Counted from the stretch's first letter, positions 28,106-38,343 are shown. The stretch: 64,000 nucleotides of DNA from Candidatus Parvarchaeota archaeon (GCA_030615175.1 JAUWZX010000001.1:346029-410028), one strand, 5' to 3'. Numbers and translations are program-made. Notes: generated by a model from the letters alone, not told the origin.

Positions 28106-28897
28106 ATGAAGTGGGATGTTCATAATAAAACAATGCCTCCTCAAACTTTTTTAGACCTTGTCGAAAGTGCTTTAAATAAAGTTGAAGAAAATTTGAGCAA
28201 AGGCATATTAGGTTCATTTAAGCATAAGAGATACTTAATTGAGAGTAATAAAGTCAAGAGGGATTTTAATCATGATAATACTAAGGTATTTGCAGAAATT
28301 AATTACGTGGCTCTAAAACCAATTGATTATCTTAAATGGGATTACATTATTAGTGATTCTCAGATAAAGGACTCTAATCTTGGCAAAGTTATTGACAGTT
28401 CATCGATAGAGAATCCAAGATTCATTATTACAAGGGATTATGATTCTGAGTATGGTGAGGAATTAGTGGACTACCTTATTAAAATGGATAAGAGAATTAC
28501 AGGAAAATTGGAAGAGAAGTATGCAGCAGAAGTTTATGCTGTTAAAAGACATTATTATCATGGAAAAGCAAAGTTATCATCATTTAAGTCAAACTTTGAT
28601 TTGCATGAATTAAAATCATTAATTGATTTATACGCGACTTATAATTCAAATGAGAATAAAGTGACCTTATCTAATTTTAACATGGTTCGCGAGTTGAGAT
28701 GGAGTAGTAGTTATAAGCGTTATAAACCTGAAAAAATAACAAGAATAAGTTATAATAGTGATGAAAGGGCCTGGTTTAAGTACTACATGTTAGATGAAAT
28801 CCTTAAAAATGATGATTATACCGGAGAAAAACATCCTAAAGGAAGTGTTTCAATAACAGTTAAAACTGGCTCTCCACTTAAAGCACGTTTTTCATGA
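28106..28897 (+). CDS. Hypothetical protein
   Basis: Open frame lying antiparallel between rps2 and MEMO1. Confidence 0.65.
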   Translation: MKWDVHNKTMPPQTFLDLVESALNKVEENLSKGILGSFKHKRYLIESNKVKRDFNHDNTKVFAEINYVALKPIDYLKWDYIISDSQIKDSNLGKVIDSSSIENPRFIITRDYDSEYGEELVDYLIKMDKRITGKLEEKYAAEVYAVKRHYYHGKAKLSSFKSNFDLHELKSLIDLYATYNSNENKVTLSNFNMVRELRWSSSYKRYKPEKITRISYNSDERAWFKYYMLDEILKNDDYTGEKHPKGSVSITVKTGSPLKARFS

Positions 28898-29464
28898 AAA
28901 CTGCTCTAACTCGTAAAGGAATTTGATTTTATGCGCTTTGCAGTATTCCCTTGCGAGAATGAAGTAAATTAATCCTAAACTCTTCCTGCCTTTATTATTG
29001 CATGGAATGACTAAGTCAATGTTATTAGTGTTATTATTAGAGTCGCATAAGGCTATTATCATGATGTTTGAGTTAAGAGCATCCTTTAAAGCCTGTTTAT
29101 CATACCACACGTCAGTGATTAATATCACTTTTGGCTCAACGTAATTATCAAAATTAGGATTAGTCAATGTGCCTGGCAAGTACCTGCCAGTCATGACTTT
29201 AATGCCTGTAGCTTTATTAAACATTTTAACAGCCTTCCTTCCATTCTCGCGTCTGCACACGATTAGTAATTCATCAGGTCCCAACTTATTAATGAAGTCA
29301 GCAAGAATCTTTAACCGCTCATTAATCTGTGAGACATTAAGAATGCATAAACCGTCAGGCCTGACTTTATAAATGTATTTTGACATGAAATTGGTTTTAT
29401 GCTTAGTCCCTATGTGAATGCCGGCAGTTAAATAAGCCTCTAAGGGCACCATGGTTTCACTCAT
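28892..29464 (-). CDS. rps2: 30S ribosomal protein S2 (uS2)
   Basis: YLTAGIHIGT, GRYLPGTLTNP, IPCNNKG. Confidence 0.97.
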   Translation of the reverse strand: MSETMVPLEAYLTAGIHIGTKHKTNFMSKYIYKVRPDGLCILNVSQINERLKILADFINKLGPDELLIVCRRENGRKAVKMFNKATGIKVMTGRYLPGTLTNPNFDNYVEPKVILITDVWYDKQALKDALNSNIMIIALCDSNNNTNNIDLVIPCNNKGRKSLGLIYFILAREYCKAHKIKFLYELEQFS

Positions 29465-29650
29465 TTAATCAATCCTCTCATCAGGACGCTCAACAGTTAT
29501 TGGAATCTTATTACTCTCTAATTCCTTAATTGCAATCTCAATAGGGTCAATTAAGTCTTTACTAATCTTTACTAGTATTGGCGCACCCATGCTAATCATT
29601 AGCGCTCTTGCGCCAATAATTCTTGCAACCTCATACTTAGTGTACTTCAC
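29465..29650 (-). CDS. rpoK: RNA polymerase subunit K (Rpo6)
   Basis: [27 protein letters not shown]. Confidence 0.96.
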   Translation of the reverse strand: MKYTKYEVARIIGARALMISMGAPILVKISKDLIDPIEIAIKELESNKIPITVERPDERID

Positions 29651-30420
29651 TTAACATCACTTAACGCTTTTTTAAGCATTCCCCTTATCTTAAAAGAATT
29701 TTCTATTATTTTAATAACTTCATCCTCAGTAAACCCTCCTTTGCCACTTTTCTGCAATGCATTAATCCTGTCCGCTCCACTAGTTGATACTGTAATCCTT
29801 GCATCCATTACTTCCTCTTCCTCAATGCATGGGTCAACCACTATTGTGTCATTAATCTTTATAAAAGTTAAGGTTAACACCTCCTTGGTAATCAGCAATT
29901 TCTTGCTGCTCAACTCCTCGGTGGGCCTGCCATCATCGCCAAGTTTGGGCATCCTTGCAGTCTTTAATGCTGCAAGCGCTCCAAGGGCTCCTGCATCAAT
30001 TAAGTTGCCTGCATGATTTAATGGGTATATATCAATGAATACCATCCACACACTTTCACCTTCTTTAATGCATAACTTCTCTAAATCAATCATCTTAGTC
30101 TCCCTGATGCCCCTATCAATTATTCTAGCCATCTCTATTATTTTTGGCGGCGGCGGACCTGAATCAAAGTCAGGGTGTGATAACCTGGTTGCTTCCATAT
30201 TAACTATTAACGCGCCTTTGTTAGGCGTGTCAGGGAATGGTGTTCCAACTCCTAACTTGACTCCAACCAGTACTTTAGTGTCGCCAATAGTTACTAAGGC
30301 TGAACCCTCTGCCTTCTTAGCAACGCCTGTTTCAACGCTTATCGGCTTGCGCAACTCCATGAATCCTCTGCCGTCAATTCTTAAATTATCCTTTGCTAAT
30401 TCAATTATGTACTTCTTCAT
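29647..30420 (-). CDS. rrp42: Exosome subunit Rrp42
   Basis: [33 protein letters not shown]. Confidence 0.95.
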   Translation of the reverse strand: MKKYIIELAKDNLRIDGRGFMELRKPISVETGVAKKAEGSALVTIGDTKVLVGVKLGVGTPFPDTPNKGALIVNMEATRLSHPDFDSGPPPPKIIEMARIIDRGIRETKMIDLEKLCIKEGESVWMVFIDIYPLNHAGNLIDAGALGALAALKTARMPKLGDDGRPTEELSSKKLLITKEVLTLTFIKINDTIVVDPCIEEEEVMDARITVSTSGADRINALQKSGKGGFTEDEVIKIIENSFKIRGMLKKALSDVK

Positions 30421-31136
30421 TTTTTATCACCTTTTAAATAATTAATTTTCAATGCTTCCTCCTGCAGTTTCACTAATTCCTTGCACTTATTAATTCCCAT
30501 TTTTAATGCTTTCTTAAAGCCTGCAAAACTAATGTCACCATCTAATTGCAGGCTAGTAATTAAGCCCTGCTTCGGCAGGTAAGTTATTGGGAGGTCAGTA
30601 GCTCCTTCAGGATAATCTTCTTCTTCCTTTGTTAAGTCAAGCACTACTAAATCCCCTAACGCGCCTGCTGCAATGCTTCCAGCTAACTCCCTCATTTGTA
30701 TTCCTGCATCAGCAAGTGCAAGGCTTGCAGCGCAGATTCCAGCACACCTTGTTCCAGCATCAGCTTGAGATATTTCAATAAATACGTCAATAGCCAGTTT
30801 AGGATACTTCTCAAGGAATATGAGCTGGCTTAACGCGTTTTTAATCACGAGTCCCAGTTCAATGTCCCTTCTGCTCGGTGCAGGTCTCTTCCTGTCACTA
30901 ACGCTGAAACTCATTAAATTATATTTGCACCTAAGTAATGCCCTGCTCGGATCCTGCTTGAATTTAGGGTATAATTCTCTTGGCCCGTAAACAGCTGCAA
31001 TTGCTGTAGTATTGCCTATTATGAATTCAGCGCTACCATCAGCATTCTTAACAACGCCTGCTTTACAGGAAACCTTTCTTATTTCATCAACCTTCCTGCC
31101 GTCAGGTCTTTTAACCGCTTTCTTACTTTGATTCAT
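30417..31136 (-). CDS. rrp41: Exosome subunit Rrp41
   Basis: RPDGR, ADGSA, VYGPRE, QADAGTRCA, DLTKEEED. Confidence 0.96.
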   Translation of the reverse strand: MNQSKKAVKRPDGRKVDEIRKVSCKAGVVKNADGSAEFIIGNTTAIAAVYGPRELYPKFKQDPSRALLRCKYNLMSFSVSDRKRPAPSRRDIELGLVIKNALSQLIFLEKYPKLAIDVFIEISQADAGTRCAGICAASLALADAGIQMRELAGSIAAGALGDLVVLDLTKEEEDYPEGATDLPITYLPKQGLITSLQLDGDISFAGFKKALKMGINKCKELVKLQEEALKINYLKGDKK

Positions 31137-31830
31137 CTTTCTTCCACCCCTTTATTAGTTCTTTTACTTTGTCAGTTAAGCCTCTTTCATGAGCATGTTC
31201 TTCAATGTACTTTACTGCCTTCATAGTGATTAATTCATCCTTCCTTTTATTCCCTTTAATCCATACCACGCCGTTCTGGCCAATTATTAATTCAGTGCCT
31301 GTTTCATCTATCAGCATGTTAATCATGCTTCCTTTTTTGCCAATAACTCTCGGCACTTTTACTGGTTTAATCTTAAATATTAAACCAATATTTAATTTCT
31401 TGTAATCCCTATCCTTGGTGCTTAATTGTATGTACATTGACTTACTTACTTTCACGACTTTTGCATAAATGTAATCATCAATGTCAAAGAACCTTCTTAT
31501 GTCAGTCCTGTTAATGTTAACATATGCTATTGTAGCATCCTGCACTAATAAGTTAGCAGATACTGGCGCGTTAATATCAACTTCCCATGCACTGTAACCA
31601 ACATCTTTTATCCGCCCAATCACGTTGTCATCCCTTTTAGGTATGTAAGCACCTTTTAATGGGATTATTTTAAGCAAGTTCTCCCTAATGTCAACTAATC
31701 CTAAGAGTGATGCTCTTATTTCCTCTCCCTCCCGGTAAGTGCCATCTCCAGGCAAATAGTTCATTCCTATTGCAATTGTTTCACCTGGAACAACAACGCT
31801 TCGCGATTCAGTAATAATTCCTTTATTCAT
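31123..31830 (-). CDS. rrp4: Exosome RNA-binding subunit Rrp4
   Basis: VVPGE, YIPK.DD.VIG, KVPRVIGKKGSMI, GQNGVVW. Confidence 0.95.
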   Translation of the reverse strand: MNKGIITESRSVVVPGETIAIGMNYLPGDGTYREGEEIRASLLGLVDIRENLLKIIPLKGAYIPKRDDNVIGRIKDVGYSAWEVDINAPVSANLLVQDATIAYVNINRTDIRRFFDIDDYIYAKVVKVSKSMYIQLSTKDRDYKKLNIGLIFKIKPVKVPRVIGKKGSMINMLIDETGTELIIGQNGVVWIKGNKRKDELITMKAVKYIEEHAHERGLTDKVKELIKGWKKDESK

Positions 31831-31834
31831 ATTA

Positions 31835-32548
31835 TCATTCCTCCTTTATTATTATATTTCCGTGAGTGACTGATTTAACTTCACTCACTAATTCATTTTT
31901 TAATCCTCCAGCAACTTTTACAGTGATTTCAGAACTGCCGTTACTTAAGTAGTTTTGGCTTAAGACTTGGCCGTACCTCTTTAATATGCCATAAATCTTA
32001 CCAGTATATTGAGGGCTTACCGTAATCTTTATCATTAACTCCTCAATACTTATAGGTATTATTGCTTTTAATTTTTCAATTACTTCCTTTACTTGGTCTT
32101 CAACACTTCTTAAATAATCAATCTTTACTCCTACCTGTTCCATGCCTAACTCAATCCTTTTAGGAGGTATTGGAGTTTTAGTTTTAGGGTCAATTGCCTT
32201 ACTCACTATTTCGTTAATAACTTGTTTTTTCTTCTGTTCAATTAATTCATTCCTGTAAGATTGGGTTAACTGTATTTCCCCTTCACTTATTATTTTACTT
32301 GCAATGCTTGCCACGTCATCAGTTCCGAAGTACTTAATTAATTCACCATGCTTTTCTCCTTTTCCAGCATCCTTGAATACTTCACGCACCATTAATGCTT
32401 CTTCAATGTTTCCACTTCCTTCCCTAACCTTCATTGCTTCCTTGCAGTCAACGAGTATTTCAAAAACCTTACCTTCCCTTCTTAGTCTGGCAACGGTTGA
32501 TTCTTCACTTTTTTGTTTTTCCTTAATCACTATTCCTTGAGTACCCAT
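31835..32548 (-). CDS. SBDS/Sdo1 ribosome maturation factor
   Basis: FEILVD, VFKDA.KG, FGTDD, IDP.T.TP.PP.RIE. Confidence 0.95.
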   Translation of the reverse strand: MGTQGIVIKEKQKSEESTVARLRREGKVFEILVDCKEAMKVREGSGNIEEALMVREVFKDAGKGEKHGELIKYFGTDDVASIASKIISEGEIQLTQSYRNELIEQKKKQVINEIVSKAIDPKTKTPIPPKRIELGMEQVGVKIDYLRSVEDQVKEVIEKLKAIIPISIEELMIKITVSPQYTGKIYGILKRYGQVLSQNYLSNGSSEITVKVAGGLKNELVSEVKSVTHGNIIIKEE

Positions 32549-33268
32549 TTAAGTTTTTTTGCCTTTCATCATCTTACTTACTTGTTCATTGCTTAATTTC
32601 TTGAATTTACTGTCTATAGCTACTACTTCAACTTTTCTTTCATCATACTTTACTCCTAAGAACTTCTTTAACGCCTTGACTCCTAGAATTATTAATTCAT
32701 TTTTTGACAGTCCGTCCTTATACTCTTTTTCAAGAAATTTATTTACTATTACGCTTCCTTCACCAATAGCTATTGCTTTGTACTCAAAGAAAGTGCCTGC
32801 TGGTTCAGTGACGAATAATCTTGGTCCTGAATCATCAACCCCGCCAATTAAGAGCGAGACTCCGAAAGGCCTTATACCTCCATATTGCGTGTAGAATTGC
32901 TTGTAATCGCATAGTTCTTTTACAAGCGTTTGGACATTAATTGGTTCGTCATAAGTTAATTGATATCTCTTAGCTTCCTCCTGCGCCCGCCTAATGAGGA
33001 CTCTGGCATCGCTTATTAATCCTGATGCTGCAGCACTTATGTGCATGTCTATTTGGAATATTTTTACAATGCTTTTTATGACAATTAATTTATCAGGTAT
33101 CCTTTTCTTTGCTATGAATACCACCGCGTTCTTTCCAACCAGCCCAATAACTGTTGCTCCTTTATTAACTGTTTTACGCGCGTACTCTACTTGCAGTAAC
33201 CTGCCGTCCGGCGAGAAAACAGTTATTGCCCTGTCATATCCTAACATGTCTGTTGGTATTGCTGGCAT
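32549..33268 (-). CDS. psmA: Proteasome subunit alpha
   Basis: YDRAITVFSPDGRLLQVEYA, RPFGVSLL. Confidence 0.97.
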   Translation of the reverse strand: MPAIPTDMLGYDRAITVFSPDGRLLQVEYARKTVNKGATVIGLVGKNAVVFIAKKRIPDKLIVIKSIVKIFQIDMHISAAASGLISDARVLIRRAQEEAKRYQLTYDEPINVQTLVKELCDYKQFYTQYGGIRPFGVSLLIGGVDDSGPRLFVTEPAGTFFEYKAIAIGEGSVIVNKFLEKEYKDGLSKNELIILGVKALKKFLGVKYDERKVEVVAIDSKFKKLSNEQVSKMMKGKKT

Positions 33269-33274
33269 ATTATT

Positions 33275-33583
33275 TTATTTCTCCATTAACCTTTTTGCTT
33301 TCTTAAGGGTGCCAGTAGTATTTATTGGCTTAACATTGTAATCCTTTATTAATCCTAATACAACTTTTAATTCATTAACCATTTTATGTTTTACTCTTAT
33401 TATTCCTCTCCTGCCATTCCATAGTTCAGGTAAGAATATTATTCCTGCTTCTCCTGCCCCCTTTTGTCCTAAGAAAGTAAAGGTCTCTTTAAAAATCTTT
33501 TCCTTCATGGTTTCATAATCAACTCTGCCCTCTATCTTGAATATAATGTACCTTTTTTTCTCCCTAAGCACTGGTTCTATCAT
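33275..33583 (-). CDS. rnp2: RNase P protein Pop5/Rpp14
   Basis: LREKKRYIIF, TTGTLKKA; operon position. Confidence 0.9.
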   Translation of the reverse strand: MIEPVLREKKRYIIFKIEGRVDYETMKEKIFKETFTFLGQKGAGEAGIIFLPELWNGRRGIIRVKHKMVNELKVVLGLIKDYNVKPINTTGTLKKAKRLMEK

Positions 33584-33589
33584 GATGAT

Positions 33590-34210
33590 TTATAACTGCC
33601 TCCTATTCTTAATTTTTTCCTGAACATAAGTGAGTGTTTTTTTTGCCTGCCCTTTATTCATTCTCAATAACTGCCCGAAAGCGAGCAGTACTTCACTGTG
33701 AATCAGTTCATTTTCTTTTCGCGCGCCGCTTGCAATTATTATTGGCACTTTCTTCTTAATACAAATCCAAGTGTTTTGAAGCATTCTTCCCCAGATTACT
33801 GCGCGCCATAACCCGCCGGCTTTCTTCAAATTATTGAATTCAAGCACCATGCTAATTCTGTGTTTGCTCATGAGCTTGGCAGTCACTTGATTCAGTAATG
33901 TCTTCCTGTAATGAAGCCTGTCAAACCCTTTGATTAATTCAAGCCCTGAAACTGAGTCCGCAAGACTATTATCTAATATCCTTCTGAACACTTTCTCGCT
34001 TGGATTATTAATTGTTATGTAATCAGCATTCTTGAATTCACGTGCCTGCCTTAATTCATTAATCCTGACTCCGAGCAGATATTCATCATTTAATTCTAAT
34101 CTGCAAGCATCGTAATCCTGCTTGTTCCTGAATTCTTTCACTACGCAGGCGCCTTTGAATCCATAGTCCTTTAATTTTTCAGTTTTAAATCCAATGCTAA
34201 AGTCATACAT
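33590..34210 (-). CDS. rnp3: RNase P protein Rpp30
   Basis: PIIIASGA; position upstream of pop5-psmA. Confidence 0.8.
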   Translation of the reverse strand: MYDFSIGFKTEKLKDYGFKGACVVKEFRNKQDYDACRLELNDEYLLGVRINELRQAREFKNADYITINNPSEKVFRRILDNSLADSVSGLELIKGFDRLHYRKTLLNQVTAKLMSKHRISMVLEFNNLKKAGGLWRAVIWGRMLQNTWICIKKKVPIIIASGARKENELIHSEVLLAFGQLLRMNKGQAKKTLTYVQEKIKNRRQL

Positions 34211-34268
34211 CTTATTTCTTAATGAGTATGGAAAACTTTAAATAAACTTCTCATGTTTTCATTTCTTT

Positions 34269-34439
34269 ATGGCTAAGTTCCCTGAAGCTCAGGCGCGGTT
34301 ATTTAAGAACATGTTTGTTTGCCGCAAGTGTAAGCATAAGATTAGGGTTAATCCTCTTAAAGTAAAGTCAGGCGAGGTTAAGTGCCGCAAGTGCGGTAGC
34401 CATCAGTTAAGGCCTAAGAGGCGTGAGAAAAGGGTTTAG
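34269..34439 (+). CDS. rpl40e: 50S ribosomal protein L40e
   Basis: Manual translation MAKFPEAQARLFKNMFVCRKC...KCRKCGSHQLRPKRREKRV; missed by the ORF track. Confidence 0.93.
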   Translation: MAKFPEAQARLFKNMFVCRKCKHKIRVNPLKVKSGEVKCRKCGSHQLRPKRREKRV

Positions 34440-34685
34440 CGTTTGTAATAGTACTTCTAAGTTCTTTATTTCATTCTTAATTCTTGCTCTTGCAGTGCTG
34501 AAAGTCCTGCCGAATTCTTCTGTTTCATTAATGGCAAATACAATGTCATTTAGTAATTGAATAGTATTCCTCATTTCATTCTTGAATTTTACTAATTCCT
34601 TCATCTCCTTTAATGAGAGTTCCTTTTTGGACTTCTTTACTTTATCGTATTTCTCTTTCAAGGATTTGATTTTATCCTTAATCAT
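34407..34685 (-). CDS. Hypothetical coiled-coil protein
   Basis: Open frame; heptad-like pattern. Confidence 0.5.
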   Translation of the reverse strand: MIKDKIKSLKEKYDKVKKSKKELSLKEMKELVKFKNEMRNTIQLLNDIVFAINETEEFGRTFSTARARIKNEIKNLEVLLQTLNPFLTPLRP

Positions 34686-34742
34686 TGTTTATAAATATAA
34701 TGATGAAGTTTATAAATGCTGATTATAGAAGTATGAAGAGCT

Positions 34743-35570
34743 TTAAGTACCAGTAATTAATCCTTTATCATTTTCAAATAACATATACATTTTTGAACCT
34801 TCAGGATAGTCAAGTTCTTCACTGAAATTTTTAATGGCACCAATTAATCCTTTTAATCCAACCCAATTACTTTTTTTAGTACTAATTCCTAAGGCTTTCA
34901 TAAGAGATTCCTTAAACAGTTCAAGAAAATTATCAGGAACTATTATATTTTTATCTTTATACTTTTTAAGAGGGTTCTTACTAACAAATATTTTACAAAA
35001 ATTGCTTAGGATAACGTCAATTAATGATTCAACATCTTCTTTTTTAAAGACATCCTTAATTCCTTCTTTTTTCATTAATCTTTTATGTAAATCTTCAAGG
35101 ACTTTTTCATGCATTTTTGACTTAAATTCATCTGTTGTTTCTATCTTTCTATCCTTTAAATATGCTTTAGTTTTATTATGACAACTAAGAACCATTGGGT
35201 GGCTTACCTGGCCCCTTCCTTCAGTATCAAATGTCCACTCATCCTTTATGTTTTCCCATATATCATTGAATATCCTTTTTTTATGTTCTTCAAAGTTAAT
35301 GATTTTTTCGCTAAAATTAACAAAGAAATATCGTTCAGACTTAAACATTTGAAGTACTTTCTTGCTTTTATCTTTACTGATAATAATAGCTTTAATGTCA
35401 AGAGATATTTTATCTGAAATACTTGCTATAGACGCTAAAAGAGGCGATATCAAATTTGCTTTAAACCTTGTTTTTCCTTCATATAGCTTTATTTTATTAC
35501 CTTTGAATTCATAATTAATTATTGATAGTGGAATGCCTGATGGTGTAATAACTAAAAATGTATTAATCAT
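34743..35570 (-). CDS. Protein with N-terminal longin-like domain
   Basis: MINTFLVITPSGIPL...NLISPLLASIASISDKI...IKAIII..FFVNFS follows the longin beta-beta-alpha-beta pattern. Confidence 0.6.
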   Translation of the reverse strand: MINTFLVITPSGIPLSIINYEFKGNKIKLYEGKTRFKANLISPLLASIASISDKISLDIKAIIISKDKSKKVLQMFKSERYFFVNFSEKIINFEEHKKRIFNDIWENIKDEWTFDTEGRGQVSHPMVLSCHNKTKAYLKDRKIETTDEFKSKMHEKVLEDLHKRLMKKEGIKDVFKKEDVESLIDVILSNFCKIFVSKNPLKKYKDKNIIVPDNFLELFKESLMKALGISTKKSNWVGLKGLIGAIKNFSEELDYPEGSKMYMLFENDKGLITGT

Positions 35571-35607
35571 TTTTCGTATAACATTCCTTTTTTAGTTAAA
35601 TAATTTC

Positions 35608-36474
35608 CTAAGTCATAACTATTATTCTTTCAACGCTTTGCAGCGGGCTTTGAGTGCTTAAGTAACTGCTTAGTAAATTAATGTATGATACCTCCTTTTT
35701 TAGTGTCACGAGTTGAGGGTATTTTATGTCTGCAATACTGATGAGCAAGTCTTTAGCGTCATTAAATGACCCTATCGCGTCAATTAAACCGTACTCTAAT
35801 CCTTCAACACCGATATAGTAAGAGCCGTTAGCGTAAGGTCTTAATTCTTCAATAGTCATGTTGCGGTTCTCAGAAGCGCTGGACAGGAATGAGTCATAAA
35901 GTCTTATTAACTTATTAATTGACCAGTTATATTCTAATTCACTCATCTCCCTGTAAGGAGCTCCCACGTCCTTATGTTCAGGGTATGAGAGATTAATGTA
36001 AGTCACGTTGTAATCTTCCATTAACCCTGAGAATTCAAGGTAAGGGTTTAAGGCTATTCCAATGGCACCAATTACTGAATAATTATGAGCAACTATTTTG
36101 TTAGCAGCACTTGCAATGAGGTAAGCGCCGCTCGTGCCTGAGTCACGAATGTAAGCAACCACTGGTTTTGAGAAATTCAACACTGCTTCCATGATTAGAG
36201 CAGATGGCACGGCACTGCCTCCAGGCGAGTTAATATCGAGGATTAAGCCTTCAATAATTGGGTTGGCATTAGCAAGCGTTATTAATTCAATCACGTCCTG
36301 CGCCTTAATAGCGGGCTCGCCGAGCAGCGTGGCTCCTGATGATGAAATGAATCCATGGATTTCAATAACAGCAATATTGCCGTACGGAATGCTGAAGAAT
36401 AATCCGAGGAAGTAACCAATGGCTAAGGAAAGGCAGAATAATGAAATGAAAATCCATAATAATTTTAAAAGCAT
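35608..36474 (-). CDS. sppA: Signal peptide peptidase SppA (S49)
   Basis: INSPGGS, KPVVA, TSGAYLIAS, GAIGI. Confidence 0.9.
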   Translation of the reverse strand: MLLKLLWIFISLFCLSLAIGYFLGLFFSIPYGNIAVIEIHGFISSSGATLLGEPAIKAQDVIELITLANANPIIEGLILDINSPGGSAVPSALIMEAVLNFSKPVVAYIRDSGTSGAYLIASAANKIVAHNYSVIGAIGIALNPYLEFSGLMEDYNVTYINLSYPEHKDVGAPYREMSELEYNWSINKLIRLYDSFLSSASENRNMTIEELRPYANGSYYIGVEGLEYGLIDAIGSFNDAKDLLISIADIKYPQLVTLKKEVSYINLLSSYLSTQSPLQSVERIIVMT

Positions 36475-36987
36475 TTATATTAACCCCCTGGTGAGTTGTA
36501 TGCGTCCAACACTTAAAACACTAACGCCTAAAGCTTCGTCAGTGAAGCGCTGCTTATTCTTTGAGAAGATAATTCCTAGTAAATCAATTGGCAGTAATGG
36601 AAATAGTAATGACTTGAATAAGTTGCGGGCAATGAATGGAATGAATGAACGTTCCTTAATACTTACTACTTTAATCTTGAGGAATTGTTTGCCAACGGTT
36701 ATGCCAAGGAAGAATTCAAATAATGTTAAGTAAGCAAGCAATAGAACGAGGCTGGCGCCCAGCGCGCCAATAACCGCGCCTAAGATTTCAGGGTTTAATG
36801 TAATATATTCAATTGTTAGTAATTCATCAGTGATTCCTGATGATGCCTGGAATGCTGCCATGAATGGCGAGTAAATAATGAAGTTAAACACCATTAAGTC
36901 AATAATGAATGCCAGCGCCCTTTTAGTTAGTGGTGCTGGGCTTGGGAGCAATTCATGTTCAGGCATTGTAATGGAGTACTCGACCAT
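36475..36987 (-). CDS. RDD-family membrane protein
   Basis: KRALAFIID, TVGK...KIKV, R, KQRFTD. Confidence 0.88.
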   Translation of the reverse strand: MVEYSITMPEHELLPSPAPLTKRALAFIIDLMVFNFIIYSPFMAAFQASSGITDELLTIEYITLNPEILGAVIGALGASLVLLLAYLTLFEFFLGITVGKQFLKIKVVSIKERSFIPFIARNLFKSLLFPLLPIDLLGIIFSKNKQRFTDEALGVSVLSVGRIQLTRGLI

Positions 36988-37023
36988 CAAGATTTTAAAA
37001 GCAATTCTTGTTTAATAAGATTG

Positions 37024-38343
37024 ATGGTTAAACGGAAGCCTGTGCGTTCATTGTCAGGAGTGACTGTCATTGCTTTAATGTGCGCGCCGCATGAGTGCCC
37101 CGGGAAGTGCAAGTACTGCCCTAAGGGTGAGTACGCTCCTCAGAGTTATACTGGCGAGGAGCCGGCAGCATTAAGGGCTAAGTACTGTGATTATGATGCA
37201 AGGAAGCAGGTAATGCATAGACTAAAGCAGTATTCAGAGACAGGTCATGACGCGAGCAAGATTGAAGTCGTGATAATGGGTGGCACATTCCTAAGCACTG
37301 ACCCCGCGTACAGGGAGGGATTTATTAATGGGATTTACCAGGCGCTTAATAATTCAAGGAAGAATGACTTGGAAGTCTTAAAGCAGGATAATGAGAAAGC
37401 ATTACATCGCTGCGTTGCAATGGTTATTGAAACGCGTCCTGACATCTGCGGAAAAGAAGAAGTGAAAGAAATGCTTAGATATGGATGCACTCGAGTGGAG
37501 TTAGGAGCTCAGAGCACTAATGATAAAGTATTAAGGAATATTGATAGAGGGCATTCAACAAGCATTACTAGGCAGGCAATTAAACGCCTTAAAAATTCAG
37601 GCTTTAAAGTGGATTTGCACATGATGCTCGGACTGCCATGGCAGGATGAATTAATGGACTTCAAGGAGTTATGGGTTAATCCTGACTGGCGTCCTGACGG
37701 CTTGAAAATTTATCCTGCACTCGTTATTAAGGGAACTGAATTATATGATGACTGGAGTAAAGGCAAATATAATCCTTTAACTAATGAGCTGGCTTTGAGT
37801 AAAATTGTGAAGGTGTTAGGAGGCATTCCTTACTATGTGCGTGTTAAGCGCGTTATGCGTGACATTCCTGCTAAGTGCATTAGTGCTGGTCCAACGTGGG
37901 GTAATTTAAGGCAGAGGGCTTGGAATTTAATGAAGAAACCGTGCAATTGCATTCGCTGCAGGGAGATTGGCAGGCGTGAATTAAAAGGAAGGATAAAACT
38001 TAAAGTAAGAAGTTACGAAGCTTCTGGAGGCGTTGAGTACTTCATTAGTTATGAAGGCAGTAATGACTCGCTTATTGGTTTTTGTAGATTAAGGATTATT
38101 GGCAGGGAAGCATTCATCCGGGAATTGCATGTTTACGGCAAAACAGTTCCTATAGGCAAGAAAGGTGCTGGCTACCAGCATAAGGGTTATGGCAGGAAAC
38201 TTTTAAGCAAGGCAGAGGAGATTGCGAGAAATAAGGGAGTAATGGACTTACGTGTCTTAAGCGGCGCCGGAGTAAGGAATTATTACACGAAACATGGTTA
38301 TGAATTAGTTGGGGATTATATGATTAAGAATATTAATAAGTGA
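37024..38343 (+). CDS. elp3: Elp3 tRNA U34 carboxymethyl synthase (radical SAM + GNAT)
   Basis: RSLSGV, CPGKCKYCP, MGGTF, ETRPD, IRELHVYG, QHKGYG; start reassigned to ATG 37024. Confidence 0.95.
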   Translation: MVKRKPVRSLSGVTVIALMCAPHECPGKCKYCPKGEYAPQSYTGEEPAALRAKYCDYDARKQVMHRLKQYSETGHDASKIEVVIMGGTFLSTDPAYREGFINGIYQALNNSRKNDLEVLKQDNEKALHRCVAMVIETRPDICGKEEVKEMLRYGCTRVELGAQSTNDKVLRNIDRGHSTSITRQAIKRLKNSGFKVDLHMMLGLPWQDELMDFKELWVNPDWRPDGLKIYPALVIKGTELYDDWSKGKYNPLTNELALSKIVKVLGGIPYYVRVKRVMRDIPAKCISAGPTWGNLRQRAWNLMKKPCNCIRCREIGRRELKGRIKLKVRSYEASGGVEYFISYEGSNDSLIGFCRLRIIGREAFIRELHVYGKTVPIGKKGAGYQHKGYGRKLLSKAEEIARNKGVMDLRVLSGAGVRNYYTKHGYELVGDYMIKNINK

